A stretch of DNA of 24,000 nucleotides. It comes from Planctomycetaceae bacterium (lineage in GTDB: Bacteria; Planctomycetota; Phycisphaerae; UBA1845; UTPLA1). Positions 13,639 to 22,220 of this stretch are shown here, in pieces. The stretch is from NCBI GenBank assembly GCA_006969385.1, contig CP030884.1, positions 3,938,249 through 3,962,248 on the forward strand. Reading direction: 5' to 3'. The translations under genes and the position numbers were made by a program. Under the pieces are notes generated by a model that saw only the letters and a program-made list of their open reading frames with translations, ran no database searches and had not been told where the DNA came from. The first letter of the stretch is position 1; each line of letters opens with the position of its first letter.

Positions 13639-15070
13639 CAGCCCCCATGGTAAGGATCACATCCTCGGGTTGGGCGTGCGTTTTCAGATAAGCGGCGATT
13701 TCGGGCAACGTCGGAATGTAATCGGCGTTGCCGCCGTGGGCATGGACGCGGTCGACCAAGTCCTGAGCGCAGACGGCGTCGCGCATGGTTTCGGAATCGC
13801 GCACGAAGTAAATCTCGGGGATCAGCAAGCGATCGGCGAGGCCGAAGCTCTTGGCGAAGTCATTCAACAGAAAACGCGTGCGCGAATGCTGGTGCGGTTG
13901 AAACACCACCCACAGGCGCCGACCGACGTAGCGTTCTTTGACGGCTTTGAGCGTGGCTTGAATTTCGGTGGGGTGATGACCGTAGTCATCGAGCAGCGTG
14001 ATGCCGCGCACTTCGCCGACGTGCGTCATGCGACGCTTGGCACCTTCAAACGTGTTGAGAGCGGCGGCGATCTGCTGCGTTTCGACGCCGGCGCGGTGTG
14101 CCAGGGCCGTTGCCACCAACGCGTTGGCGGCTTGATGGCGACCGATTAAGCCGCCGAGTTGGGCGCGGAACAAATGCTCCCCATTGAAGATCACATCGAA
14201 TTCGTAGTTGCCATTCTTATGGATCGGGTCGGCGGCTTGCCAGATAACGCCTTTACCGAAACCGAACGTTTGCACTTTGCAGCGCACCTCCGAAATGACT
14301 TCGGCAACGTGGCGGTCTTCACCGTTGGCGATCAGCAGGCCGTCTTCGGGAACGAGCGAAGCGAAACCGCGAAAGGCTTCGATGATGCCGTTGATGCTGT
14401 CGAAGCAGTCGAGATGGTCTTCTTCGATATTGAGAATCGCCGCGTGCTTGGGCGAGAGATTCAAGAAGGAATGATCGAACTCGCAAGCTTCGACGACCAT
14501 GTCGGGGCCGTTACCCACGCCCGAGCCGCCGCCTAGCTGCGGCACGTGCGCGCCGACCACGAACGTTGGATCGTGACCGGCCTGGCGCAGGATGTATGAA
14601 AGTAGTGCGGTCGTGGTGCTCTTACCGTGCGTGCCCGCTATGGCATACGACGTGCGGTAGCGCATCACCTGGCCGAGCATTTGCGAATACTTGATGCAGG
14701 GGATGGTGCGGCGGCGCGCTTCAACGAGTTCGGGGTTCTCAGGTTTGATCGCGGCCGAGTACACCACGAGGTCGCAATCGGAAGCGATGTTCATCGGTGC
14801 TTGGCCGATGCGAACCGTCGCGCCCATTTCTTCGAGCGGGGTTTGACCGTTGAACTCGCGCAGGTCGGAACCGCTGACGATCGCACCGCTGCGAATCAAT
14901 ACGCCGCCGAGACTGGACATGCCGCAGCCGCCGATGCCGATGAGGTGGATGCGTTTGGCAGCGAAGGGGCTGGACCAATGTTCCTGATGGCGACGACCGT
15001 TTTGCCGGGCGAATAGCTTGGAGATGCCATTGGATTTTTGTTGGGAATCGCTCGGAATGGATGTCGACAT
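13589..15070 (-). CDS. murC: UDP-N-acetylmuramate--L-alanine ligase
   Basis: 493 aa. IHLIGIGGCGMSSLGGVL; IAGTHGKSTTTALLSYIL; EACEFDHSFL; LDDYGHHPTEI. ATG 15070 preceded by GGAGG 10 nt upstream. About 20 aa longer at the N-terminus than I recall for E. coli MurC. Confidence 0.92.
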   Translation of the reverse strand: MSTSIPSDSQQKSNGISKLFARQNGRRHQEHWSSPFAAKRIHLIGIGGCGMSSLGGVLIRSGAIVSGSDLREFNGQTPLEEMGATVRIGQAPMNIASDCDLVVYSAAIKPENPELVEARRRTIPCIKYSQMLGQVMRYRTSYAIAGTHGKSTTTALLSYILRQAGHDPTFVVGAHVPQLGGGSGVGNGPDMVVEACEFDHSFLNLSPKHAAILNIEEDHLDCFDSINGIIEAFRGFASLVPEDGLLIANGEDRHVAEVISEVRCKVQTFGFGKGVIWQAADPIHKNGNYEFDVIFNGEHLFRAQLGGLIGRHQAANALVATALAHRAGVETQQIAAALNTFEGAKRRMTHVGEVRGITLLDDYGHHPTEIQATLKAVKERYVGRRLWVVFQPHQHSRTRFLLNDFAKSFGLADRLLIPEIYFVRDSETMRDAVCAQDLVDRVHAHGGNADYIPTLPEIAAYLKTHAQPEDVILTMGAGDVWKVTDDLLHRLAA

Positions 15071-15249
15071 GCGGGAGCCACCTCCGTGTGGGGCAAGATG
15101 CTAATTGAGCGGTTGGCTTCGTCCGTAGCGTGCCGAGGGCGACGCGAATTCCGCTCGATTTTGCAGGAAACCATCCTATGCGGTTACGAACCGCACGGGC
15201 AAGGGGTTCAGTGGCGCAGGAATTGCGTGAGCCCTCTGTTAGACGTCGT

Positions 15250-15314
15250 AATTCACAAGTGCCGCCTGCATCGAATATCGGGAAGGCGTGCGCATGCGCT
15301 TGAACCTGTGAATT
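15250..15314. promoter_or_regulatory. Candidate operator: the same 8-mer as an inverted pair, AATTCACA-N49-TGTGAATT, between murG and murC
   Basis: aattcaca at 15250..15257 and tgtgaatt at 15307..15314. The perfect palindrome gcgcatgcgc lies between them at 15290..15299. Confidence 0.45.
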
Positions 15315-15337
15315 GTTCGCGGCCAAACCGCGCGATG

Positions 15338-16477
15338 TTAGTCGAGTTCGTCATCATCCTCGCCATCGGCCATGGCGATCAGGCGCGTGGCGATGAGGTG
15401 GGCGGCGTCGTGGCGACCGGCGGCGCCGGCAATGTCGGCCATGCGTTCGCGGCGATGTTCGGAAGTGATCAGGCTTTCCAATTCGCGTTGCAGTTTCTTG
15501 GCGTTCTTGCGCGCGTCGTTTACGTCTTCGACAACGATCGCCCCATTTTGCTCGCTCAGGATGCGGGCGTTATCGAATTGATGCTTGGCGCGGTCGTGCG
15601 GATACGGCATCAGGATCGATGCACGACCGACGGCAGTGATTTCGGCGAGTGTTGAGGCACCGGCGCGCGAAATGATGATGTCGGCCGCGCCGATGCATTG
15701 GGCCATCTTTTCGGTGAAGGCGAGCACTTTGGCGTCGACGCGCTCCTCGGCGTAACGCTTCTTGCAAACTTCCAAATCGTTATCGCCGGTCAGATGCAAC
15801 AACTGCCAGCCGCGCTGGCTGCGCCAGAACTCGCACAACTCCAAGACTGCCATGTTGATAGACCACGCACCTTGCGAGGCGCCGGTGACCAGCACGGTTT
15901 TCTTACGCGGGTCGAGCCCCATGGCGCGCACGGCCTTAGCGCGGTCGATGTTGGCGAACTCGGGACGTACGGGGCAACCGGTGCAACTGATTTTGCGCGA
16001 GCGACCGATTAGATCGATCGTGTCATACCATTGCACGAAGATGCGATCGACTTTGGGTGCGAGGTATTGATTGGCGCGGCCCGGCGTGGCGTCGGGGTTA
16101 AAGAGCGCTGTGGGAATTTTCAAATCGCTACCGGCAACGATGGCCGGGCCCGCGGCGTAGCCACCGAGGCCGAGGATCATGGCGGGCGGTCGATTTTTAA
16201 ATGACGCTTTGGCTTTGGCGATGCTTTTGCGCCAAGCGGCGAAAAAGCCGATGGCTTTGAGCGGGTTGGTGCTGAACGGTTTGACGTCTTGTTCGACGAG
16301 CGAATAACCGCGCGGCTCGGTGAGGCGTTTGTCGATGGGGCGCGGCGTGCCGTAAACGAAGATTTCGAACTCGGGGCGTTTGCGCAACAATTCGTCGGCG
16401 ACGACCAGGCCGGGATAGAGATGACCTCCGGTACCGCCGCCGGCAAGGACGAACAATGGACGTTCAGAATCGCTCAC
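15338..16477 (-). CDS. murG: Undecaprenyldiphospho-muramoylpentapeptide beta-N-acetylglucosaminyltransferase
   Basis: 379 aa, GTG start at 16477..16475 with GGAGGAG upstream. FVLAGGGTGGHLYPGLVVADEL; LGLGGYAAGPAIVAG; VLVTGASQGAWSIN; IISRAGASTLAEITAVGRASILMPYP...HQFDNA. Confidence 0.92.
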   Translation of the reverse strand: MSDSERPLFVLAGGGTGGHLYPGLVVADELLRKRPEFEIFVYGTPRPIDKRLTEPRGYSLVEQDVKPFSTNPLKAIGFFAAWRKSIAKAKASFKNRPPAMILGLGGYAAGPAIVAGSDLKIPTALFNPDATPGRANQYLAPKVDRIFVQWYDTIDLIGRSRKISCTGCPVRPEFANIDRAKAVRAMGLDPRKKTVLVTGASQGAWSINMAVLELCEFWRSQRGWQLLHLTGDNDLEVCKKRYAEERVDAKVLAFTEKMAQCIGAADIIISRAGASTLAEITAVGRASILMPYPHDRAKHQFDNARILSEQNGAIVVEDVNDARKNAKKLQRELESLITSEHRRERMADIAGAAGRHDAAHLIATRLIAMADGEDDDELD

Positions 16478-16624
16478 AGGGATATTCGCTCCTCCACCCG
16501 GTAGGTTGTTGCCCGCAATTGCCGCACCGCCAAAAGGATGTTAGCGGATGAGGCCGGGGGCTTCAAAGCAGGCGTGTTGTAGGAGTGTTGCCGTGTTAGA
16601 CGCCGTGATGGATGGAGAAGTTGC

Positions 16625-17845
16625 CTAGGTTGCCGGAGCGATGATGGGTGGTGCCGGGTTGCTTTCGCCGTTCGGCGCAGATGGTTCATTTACAGGGTAG
16701 CTTGACGGATGGGCGCGGGCGACGTTGGCCAACATGCCGACGAGCACGCTGAAGAAGATGACGCCGGTACCGCCGGCTGAAATGAGTGGCAGGCTGATGC
16801 CTTTCGTCGGAACCGAGACGGTGACGACGGCGATATTGATGGCGGCTTGCAGGCCGATGGTGAGCGTTGCGCCAAGGGCAAACAAACGACCGAACGCGTC
16901 CGGGGCGTTTTGCGCCGCGAGGCGACCTTGCCACACCACGACGGCAAAAAGCCCGATGACACCGAGACCACCGACGATGCCGAGTTCTTCGCAGATAACG
17001 GCGAAGATGAAGTCGGTGCGCGCTTCGGGGAGGTGGCCATATTTTTGCACGCCCGCGCCGAGGCCGCAGCCCCACCAGTCACCCGATGCGATGCTCATCA
17101 GCGATTGCAAGGGTTGGTAGCCGGCACCTTGCGGGTCGGCTTCGGGATCGAGAAAGGCGGTGAGCCGTTTCATGCGGTGGGATCGATCGTAGATGAGATA
17201 GATAAAGCCGGCGATGGCGGGCATGCTCACAAGGCCCAAGTGCCAAAGCCTTGCACCGGCCGCGATCAACATGCCAAAGCCAACGGCACCCAGCAACACG
17301 GCGGTGCCGAAGTCCTCGATACCGACGAGGCCGACGAATATCCCGATGAGCAGGCACATCGGTAGGAAACCGAACCAGAACTTACGCACGCGTGCGCCCA
17401 GAGCCCCACAGATGGCAGCCAGCAACATGACCAAACTGAGCTTCGCAATTTCTGACGGTTGAAATCCGAGGCCGATGCTCGATGGCCCGACGGGCAGCCA
17501 GCGGCGGGCACCGTTGCGCACTTCGCCGAACTGCGGCATCAACACCATGACGAGCAACGCGATTGACGCGAGGCCGAGGAACAAGGCCGGCTGGATGACG
17601 CTGCGACGGCGTAGGTTCCAGCTTTGATACGGGCAAAGCGAGACCATCAACATGGTGATGAGCGCGACGAATGAAAACAGGGCTTGGCGCAGCGGCGGGC
17701 TTTTAAGAAAGCCGTTAGCGAAGGGGCCTTCGGTAAGGCTTTCGGTCGCGGAGAAGACCATCACGACGCCCAGCGCCAGCAATGCGGCAGCGGTGATGAG
17801 TATGGCGGAGCTTTGCGCCGAAGGTTGGCTGTGTAAGCGAATCAA
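16625..17845 (-). CDS. ftsW: SEDS-family peptidoglycan glycosyltransferase FtsW
   Basis: 406 aa, TTG start at 17845..17843. About 10 TM. DFIFAVICEELGIVGG; PTKGISLPLISAGGTGVIF. Lies in the dcw cluster between mraY and murG. Confidence 0.88.
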   Translation of the reverse strand: MIRLHSQPSAQSSAILITAAALLALGVVMVFSATESLTEGPFANGFLKSPPLRQALFSFVALITMLMVSLCPYQSWNLRRRSVIQPALFLGLASIALLVMVLMPQFGEVRNGARRWLPVGPSSIGLGFQPSEIAKLSLVMLLAAICGALGARVRKFWFGFLPMCLLIGIFVGLVGIEDFGTAVLLGAVGFGMLIAAGARLWHLGLVSMPAIAGFIYLIYDRSHRMKRLTAFLDPEADPQGAGYQPLQSLMSIASGDWWGCGLGAGVQKYGHLPEARTDFIFAVICEELGIVGGLGVIGLFAVVVWQGRLAAQNAPDAFGRLFALGATLTIGLQAAINIAVVTVSVPTKGISLPLISAGGTGVIFFSVLVGMLANVARAHPSSYPVNEPSAPNGESNPAPPIIAPAT

Positions 17846-17898
17846 ACGAGTCCCCTATGTGCAAATCTTGCTGCTACTTTGGATATCGGCGGCACGGC

Positions 17899-19035
17899 TC
17901 ATCGAAGTTTGGTGATGGCCAAAGCGATGACGGCAAAAACCGCGCCCAAGAGCCAAAAGCGCGTGACGACCTGCGTTTCCTTCCAGCCTTTCACGTGAAA
18001 ATGGTGATGGATCGGCGCGATCAGAAACAATCGTTTGCCCTTAGTCGCTTTGAAGTAGCTCACCTGCAGAATGACGGACATGGCTTCGATCACGAAGACA
18101 CCGCCGACGATCAGCAGCATGAGTTCTTGGCGCAAGACGATGGCGACGTAGCCGATCAATCCGCCAAGCGGTAACGAACCCGTATCGCCCATGAAAACCT
18201 GCGCCGGGGCGGCGTTATACCACAGGAATCCCAACACGGAACCGAGCATCGCCCCGCATAAGACAGCCAACTCGCCGGACTGGGGGATGTGCGAGTATTG
18301 CAAATATTCGGCCACGCGCAAGTCGCCAACAGCGAACGACAGCAGCATGAAAACGAAGCAGCACATGGCCACGCAGCCGGAGGCGAGACCGTCCATACCG
18401 TCGGTAAGGTTGACGGCGTTAGATGTGCCCGTCACGACGAAGATCGTAGCGATGATGAACAGCCACCAAGGCAGTAGGAACGGATCTTCGAGATTGCCCT
18501 TGATGAACGGGATGGAAAAGATGCGGTAATACTCGATCCCGGGTCCTTCGATGTTGCGGTCGCCGTGGTAAAGAATGAAAAAGCCGAGCACGACGCCAAG
18601 GCCGATTTGGAAGAGGATTTTTTGATAGAACTTGAGGCCGTCGCGCGAGTTGTCCTTGCCTTTGAGCAGCAGCTTGTAACGGTCGTCAATAAAGCCCAGC
18701 GCGCCGAGCCAGACCATGCAGAAACCGGCGAGGTGGATGTAGAAAACGGTGAGATCGGCGAGCAGCAAGACACCCGTGGCAACGCCGCCGAGAATCAGCA
18801 GGCCGCCCATGGTGGGCACGTTTGCTTTGTGGGCCGTGAGTTCGTTGAGCGCCTTGTGCTCGAAGTCGGGAATATCGCCGCATTTCTTCTTCACCAAGGC
18901 GCGAATCGTTAGCGGGCCCAGCAACAGCACGAATAAAAACGAAAGCAGAATCGCGATGGTCGCGCGAAAGAGCGGGTTTTGATACCCGTAGTGCAAATCC
19001 GATTCGTTGAGATATTCGAGCAGGTGAAAAAGCAA
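17899..19035 (-). CDS. mraY: Phospho-N-acetylmuramoyl-pentapeptide transferase
   Basis: 378 aa, TTG start at 19035..19033 with AAGGAAG 6 nt upstream. KANVPTMGGL; GFIDDRYKL; TSNAVNLTDGMDGLA; VFMGDTGSLPLGG; APIHHHF. Confidence 0.93.
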   Translation of the reverse strand: MLFHLLEYLNESDLHYGYQNPLFRATIAILLSFLFVLLLGPLTIRALVKKKCGDIPDFEHKALNELTAHKANVPTMGGLLILGGVATGVLLLADLTVFYIHLAGFCMVWLGALGFIDDRYKLLLKGKDNSRDGLKFYQKILFQIGLGVVLGFFILYHGDRNIEGPGIEYYRIFSIPFIKGNLEDPFLLPWWLFIIATIFVVTGTSNAVNLTDGMDGLASGCVAMCCFVFMLLSFAVGDLRVAEYLQYSHIPQSGELAVLCGAMLGSVLGFLWYNAAPAQVFMGDTGSLPLGGLIGYVAIVLRQELMLLIVGGVFVIEAMSVILQVSYFKATKGKRLFLIAPIHHHFHVKGWKETQVVTRFWLLGAVFAVIALAITKLR

Positions 19036-19099
19036 TGCGAGCTTCCTTGGTTGGCACGTGTTGCCGCAACCGACGGTCCCCTTTGTGGTGATATCGGCG

Positions 19100-20497
19100 T
19101 TAGGTGACGGTCGCCATGTGTTCGCGATCCCAGGCTTCGATGGTTGGTATTAACTTCTCCAACGCAACGCCGCGCGATGCCTTTAGCAACACGCGATCGC
19201 CGCGCTGCAACAGTTGCGGGAGTTTTTGCTGCAAGATCTCGACTGTCGGAAAGCTGTAGATGCGTTTGCGCGTGCCGGCGGTGCGCACGGCGCCATCGGC
19301 GGTATGGCGCGCGAACGCGCCGACGGTAATGATGACGGCAGCCGACGACCGACCGGCCGCTTCGCCGACGGCCTCGTGACAGCGGCCGGCGGCGGTGCCG
19401 AGTTCGCGCATGTCGCCCAAGATGAACACCTTGCGGCCGAACGTGCTATCCTGATCGATGGCTTCAAAGGCAACTCGCATGCTGCCGGGGTTGGCGTTGT
19501 AGGCATCGTTGATTACGCAGATCGATTCGAACTCGACGCGGTTGAGCCGCATCGGTGGAGGGCTGGCTTTCTCCAACGCGCGGGCCATCGTGTCGTGTTC
19601 GAGGCGGAAGGCCGTGCCGATGGTGATGGCGGCCAAGGCATTGTGCACGTTGTGCTGCCCCATCAGCGGGACGCGATAGCGAAAGCGATCATTGATCACG
19701 AAAGATTGATGATCTTCGTGATGTTCGAGTTGGCTGATGCGCAACGGCGCGTCGGGGCCCATGCCGTACTGAATCGCGCGACAACCCGGCGGCAAGCGAC
19801 GCGGCGCGAACGGCGCGGCTTGTTCGCTTAGCACGACGGTCGCACGACCGGTAAGGTTGGGGAGGAACGAGAATTCTTCTGCGGCGACGCCTTCGAGGCT
19901 ACCGAAGCCTTCGAGATGTTCCTCTGCGATCGAGGTCACGATGGCGTAATCGGGGCAGGCGATGCGCGAGAGGGCGGCTACTTCGCCGGGCGCGTTGGTG
20001 CCGATTTCTGTGATCACGTATTGATCGGTCGGGGCGGCGGCGAGCAAGGTTAATGAGACACCGATGGCGTTATTGAAACTCTTCTCGGCGGCCGTGCCTT
20101 TCAAACGCGCTTTCAATACGGCGTGTACCAGGTCTTTGGTCGTGGTTTTGCCGTTGCTGCCCAAGACGGCAATGACCTGTGCGGCCAACGAGCGCCGGTA
20201 CCAGGCTGCCAATTTGCCCAGTGCCGCCAACGCATCGTTGACGAGCAGCACGCGGCCATCCCTGTGTTGCGATGCGATGTCGTTGCGATCCACGACGACG
20301 GCGGCTGCGCCTTTTTCCAAGGCGGTTTCGACAAAATTGTGGCCGTCAAAGTTGGGGCCGCGTATGGCGAAGAACAGCGCACCGGGCATTAGCGTGCGCG
20401 TGTCGGTGGAGACCGATTTGGCGCGGGCATCGCTGGCCGGGCCGGCGGGCTTGGCTCGCAGGATATCGCAAATTTCCAACAAACCGACGGGACGCAT
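19100..20497 (-). CDS. murF: UDP-N-acetylmuramoyl-tripeptide--D-alanyl-D-alanine ligase
   Basis: 465 aa. VLGSNGKTTTKDL P-loop; TEIGTNAPGEVAALSRIACPDYAIVTSIAEEHLEGFGS; NDAYNANPGSM. ATG 20497 begins 1 nt after the murE TAA (20499..20501), with GGAG 5 nt upstream. Confidence 0.9.
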   Translation of the reverse strand: MRPVGLLEICDILRAKPAGPASDARAKSVSTDTRTLMPGALFFAIRGPNFDGHNFVETALEKGAAAVVVDRNDIASQHRDGRVLLVNDALAALGKLAAWYRRSLAAQVIAVLGSNGKTTTKDLVHAVLKARLKGTAAEKSFNNAIGVSLTLLAAAPTDQYVITEIGTNAPGEVAALSRIACPDYAIVTSIAEEHLEGFGSLEGVAAEEFSFLPNLTGRATVVLSEQAAPFAPRRLPPGCRAIQYGMGPDAPLRISQLEHHEDHQSFVINDRFRYRVPLMGQHNVHNALAAITIGTAFRLEHDTMARALEKASPPPMRLNRVEFESICVINDAYNANPGSMRVAFEAIDQDSTFGRKVFILGDMRELGTAAGRCHEAVGEAAGRSSAAVIITVGAFARHTADGAVRTAGTRKRIYSFPTVEILQQKLPQLLQRGDRVLLKASRGVALEKLIPTIEAWDREHMATVT

Positions 20498-20498
20498 G

Positions 20499-22031
20499 TT
20501 ATCTCCGGCTCAGCGCCGCGCGGGCGACTTCGGTATCGTCAAAATGAATCTTCTCGCGACCGATGATCTGGTAGTCTTCGTGTCCCTTACCGGCGATGAC
20601 CAACGCATCGTGCGGTCGGAGTTGTTCGATGGCGTGGTGAATGGCGGCGGCGCGGTCGGGTTCGGTCGAGCCGCGGGAGCGATCGTCGGCGGATAGACCG
20701 GCTTCGATATCGCGCAGGATGGCGAGCGGATCTTCGGTGCGCGGGTTATCGCTGGTAATCACGTAGCGGTCGGCCAACTCAGCAACGACGCGCGCCATCT
20801 TGGAGCGTTTTCCGCGATCGCGATCACCACCGCAGCCGAAGACGCACCAGAGTTTGCCGTCGGTCAGCGGGCGCAACGATGACAGCACGTTTCGCAATGC
20901 GTCGTCGGTATGGGCGTAATCGACGAAGACAAACGGGCCGTCGTCGCCGTGCGAGTCGACGCGTTGCAAGCGACCCGGAACGTGTGCGAGTCGTTGAAGG
21001 CCCGCCTTGATGGCCGCGATGTCGATACCCAGTTCGTGCGCGGCGGTGATAGCGGCCAGGGCATTGCTGACGTTGTGCGGACCGGCAAGTTGCAAGTCAA
21101 ACTCGCCCTGCAAGCGCTCGCCGGTGATGGTGAATTGTGAACCGCTTAGATCGGCGCGAGTGATTTCGGCTTGCACGTCGGCGGGTTGATGGAGGCCGAA
21201 GCGCACCACGCGAGCTTTGGTCGTTTGCGCCATTGCGTTCGCGTGTGGATCGTCGGCATTCACGATGGCGACGGCTTCGGGTTTGAGCAGCTCAAACAAC
21301 CGCCGTTTGGCGATGAGGTAATTCTCCATCGTGCCGTGATAATCGAGATGATCCTGCGTGAGGTTACTGAAGATCGCCACTGCAAAGCCGATACCGTCCA
21401 CGCGATGTTGATCGAGGCTGTGCGACGAAACTTCCAGCACGGCATGGCGCGCGCCGGCGGCGTGGGCGGTCATCAGGTGTTGCACAATTTGCACCGCATC
21501 GGGCGTGGTGAGCGGCGCGGGTAAACGCTGTGCGACGAGGTCGTAATGAATCGTGCCGAGCAGCGCGCACGGCTGGGCCGCACTGCGAATGATGCTTTGC
21601 AGCATGAAGGCGATCGTGCTCTTACCGTTGGTGCCCGTGATGCCGGCGATTTTGTATCCGGCAGCGACGGCTTCGGGCAGGCCATACAGCGTGGCCGCCA
21701 TGCGGGAGGCCGTGGCGCGGGCGTCGGTTACGCTGACGGTGGTCGTGGTCGAATCCGCGATGGCCGTTGGCTGCTCGCTGATGATGGCGACGGCACCGCG
21801 GCGGGTGGCGTCGTTGATGAAGGCCGTGCCGTCCGCTTCGGTGCCGCGAATGGCGATAAACGTCGAGCCGGGACTGGCACGGCGAGAATCTATACAAATG
21901 TCGTGAATGAGCCGATCTTCGCCGGTGATGGGCGTGCCGGCGCCGAGGCAGCGGCCGACGAGTTCGCTTAATGGCATCGAGCGCGGTGGCCGCGCATGCT
22001 CGATTCCGTTCTCGCATGCTTCCGTTGTCAT
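20499..22031 (-). CDS. murE: UDP-N-acetylmuramoyl-L-alanyl-D-glutamate--2,6-diaminopimelate ligase
   Basis: 510 aa. GITGTNGKSTIAFML; LEVSSHSLDQHRVDG; FSNLTQDHLDYHG; VDYAHTDDAL; GCGGDRDRGKRSKMA; DNPR motif at aa 428-431 (20739..20750). Alternative start is Met19 (21977). Confidence 0.92.
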   Translation of the reverse strand: MTTEACENGIEHARPPRSMPLSELVGRCLGAGTPITGEDRLIHDICIDSRRASPGSTFIAIRGTEADGTAFINDATRRGAVAIISEQPTAIADSTTTTVSVTDARATASRMAATLYGLPEAVAAGYKIAGITGTNGKSTIAFMLQSIIRSAAQPCALLGTIHYDLVAQRLPAPLTTPDAVQIVQHLMTAHAAGARHAVLEVSSHSLDQHRVDGIGFAVAIFSNLTQDHLDYHGTMENYLIAKRRLFELLKPEAVAIVNADDPHANAMAQTTKARVVRFGLHQPADVQAEITRADLSGSQFTITGERLQGEFDLQLAGPHNVSNALAAITAAHELGIDIAAIKAGLQRLAHVPGRLQRVDSHGDDGPFVFVDYAHTDDALRNVLSSLRPLTDGKLWCVFGCGGDRDRGKRSKMARVVAELADRYVITSDNPRTEDPLAILRDIEAGLSADDRSRGSTEPDRAAAIHHAIEQLRPHDALVIAGKGHEDYQIIGREKIHFDDTEVARAALSRR

Positions 22032-22139
22032 AGAATTTGCATCTTATGTTGGCGAGTGTCTTGGCGAAATGCCGGCGACCAACATTACTATCCCCCGAGA
22101 GCGAATGGGTTCGTTGAATCTTGCAGTAATTGAACCGCA

Positions 22140-22210
22140 ATCTGTGAATATGTGTTTTACGCTGTGAGTTATGCCGGGTAATTCACAGATCGCGCCGCGC
22201 CTTGTGAATT
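22140..22210. promoter_or_regulatory. Candidate operator / structured element: three copies of (A/T)ATTCACA in alternating orientation between ftsI and murE
   Basis: Read directly: atctgtgaat at 22140..22149 and attcacagat at 22181..22190 form a perfect 10-bp inverted repeat with a 31-nt spacer. aattcaca at 22180..22187 and tgtgaatt at 22203..22210 form a perfect 8-bp inverted repeat with a 15-nt GC-rich spacer. Confidence 0.45.
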
Positions 22211-22220
22211 TCGCACGCCA

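Noticed and set aside
21130-21142. Near-copy of the 8-mer (ggtgaattgtgaac) inside the murE coding sequence.
   Set aside because: Not an exact match to TGTGAATT and it lies within a conserved coding region. Probably chance.
22140-22210. TTCACA copies read as sigma-70 -35 boxes for murE.
   Set aside because: No acceptable -10 hexamer at 16-18 nt downstream of any minus-strand copy (best is TGAATT, 3 of 6). Kept as an operator or RNA-structure candidate instead.
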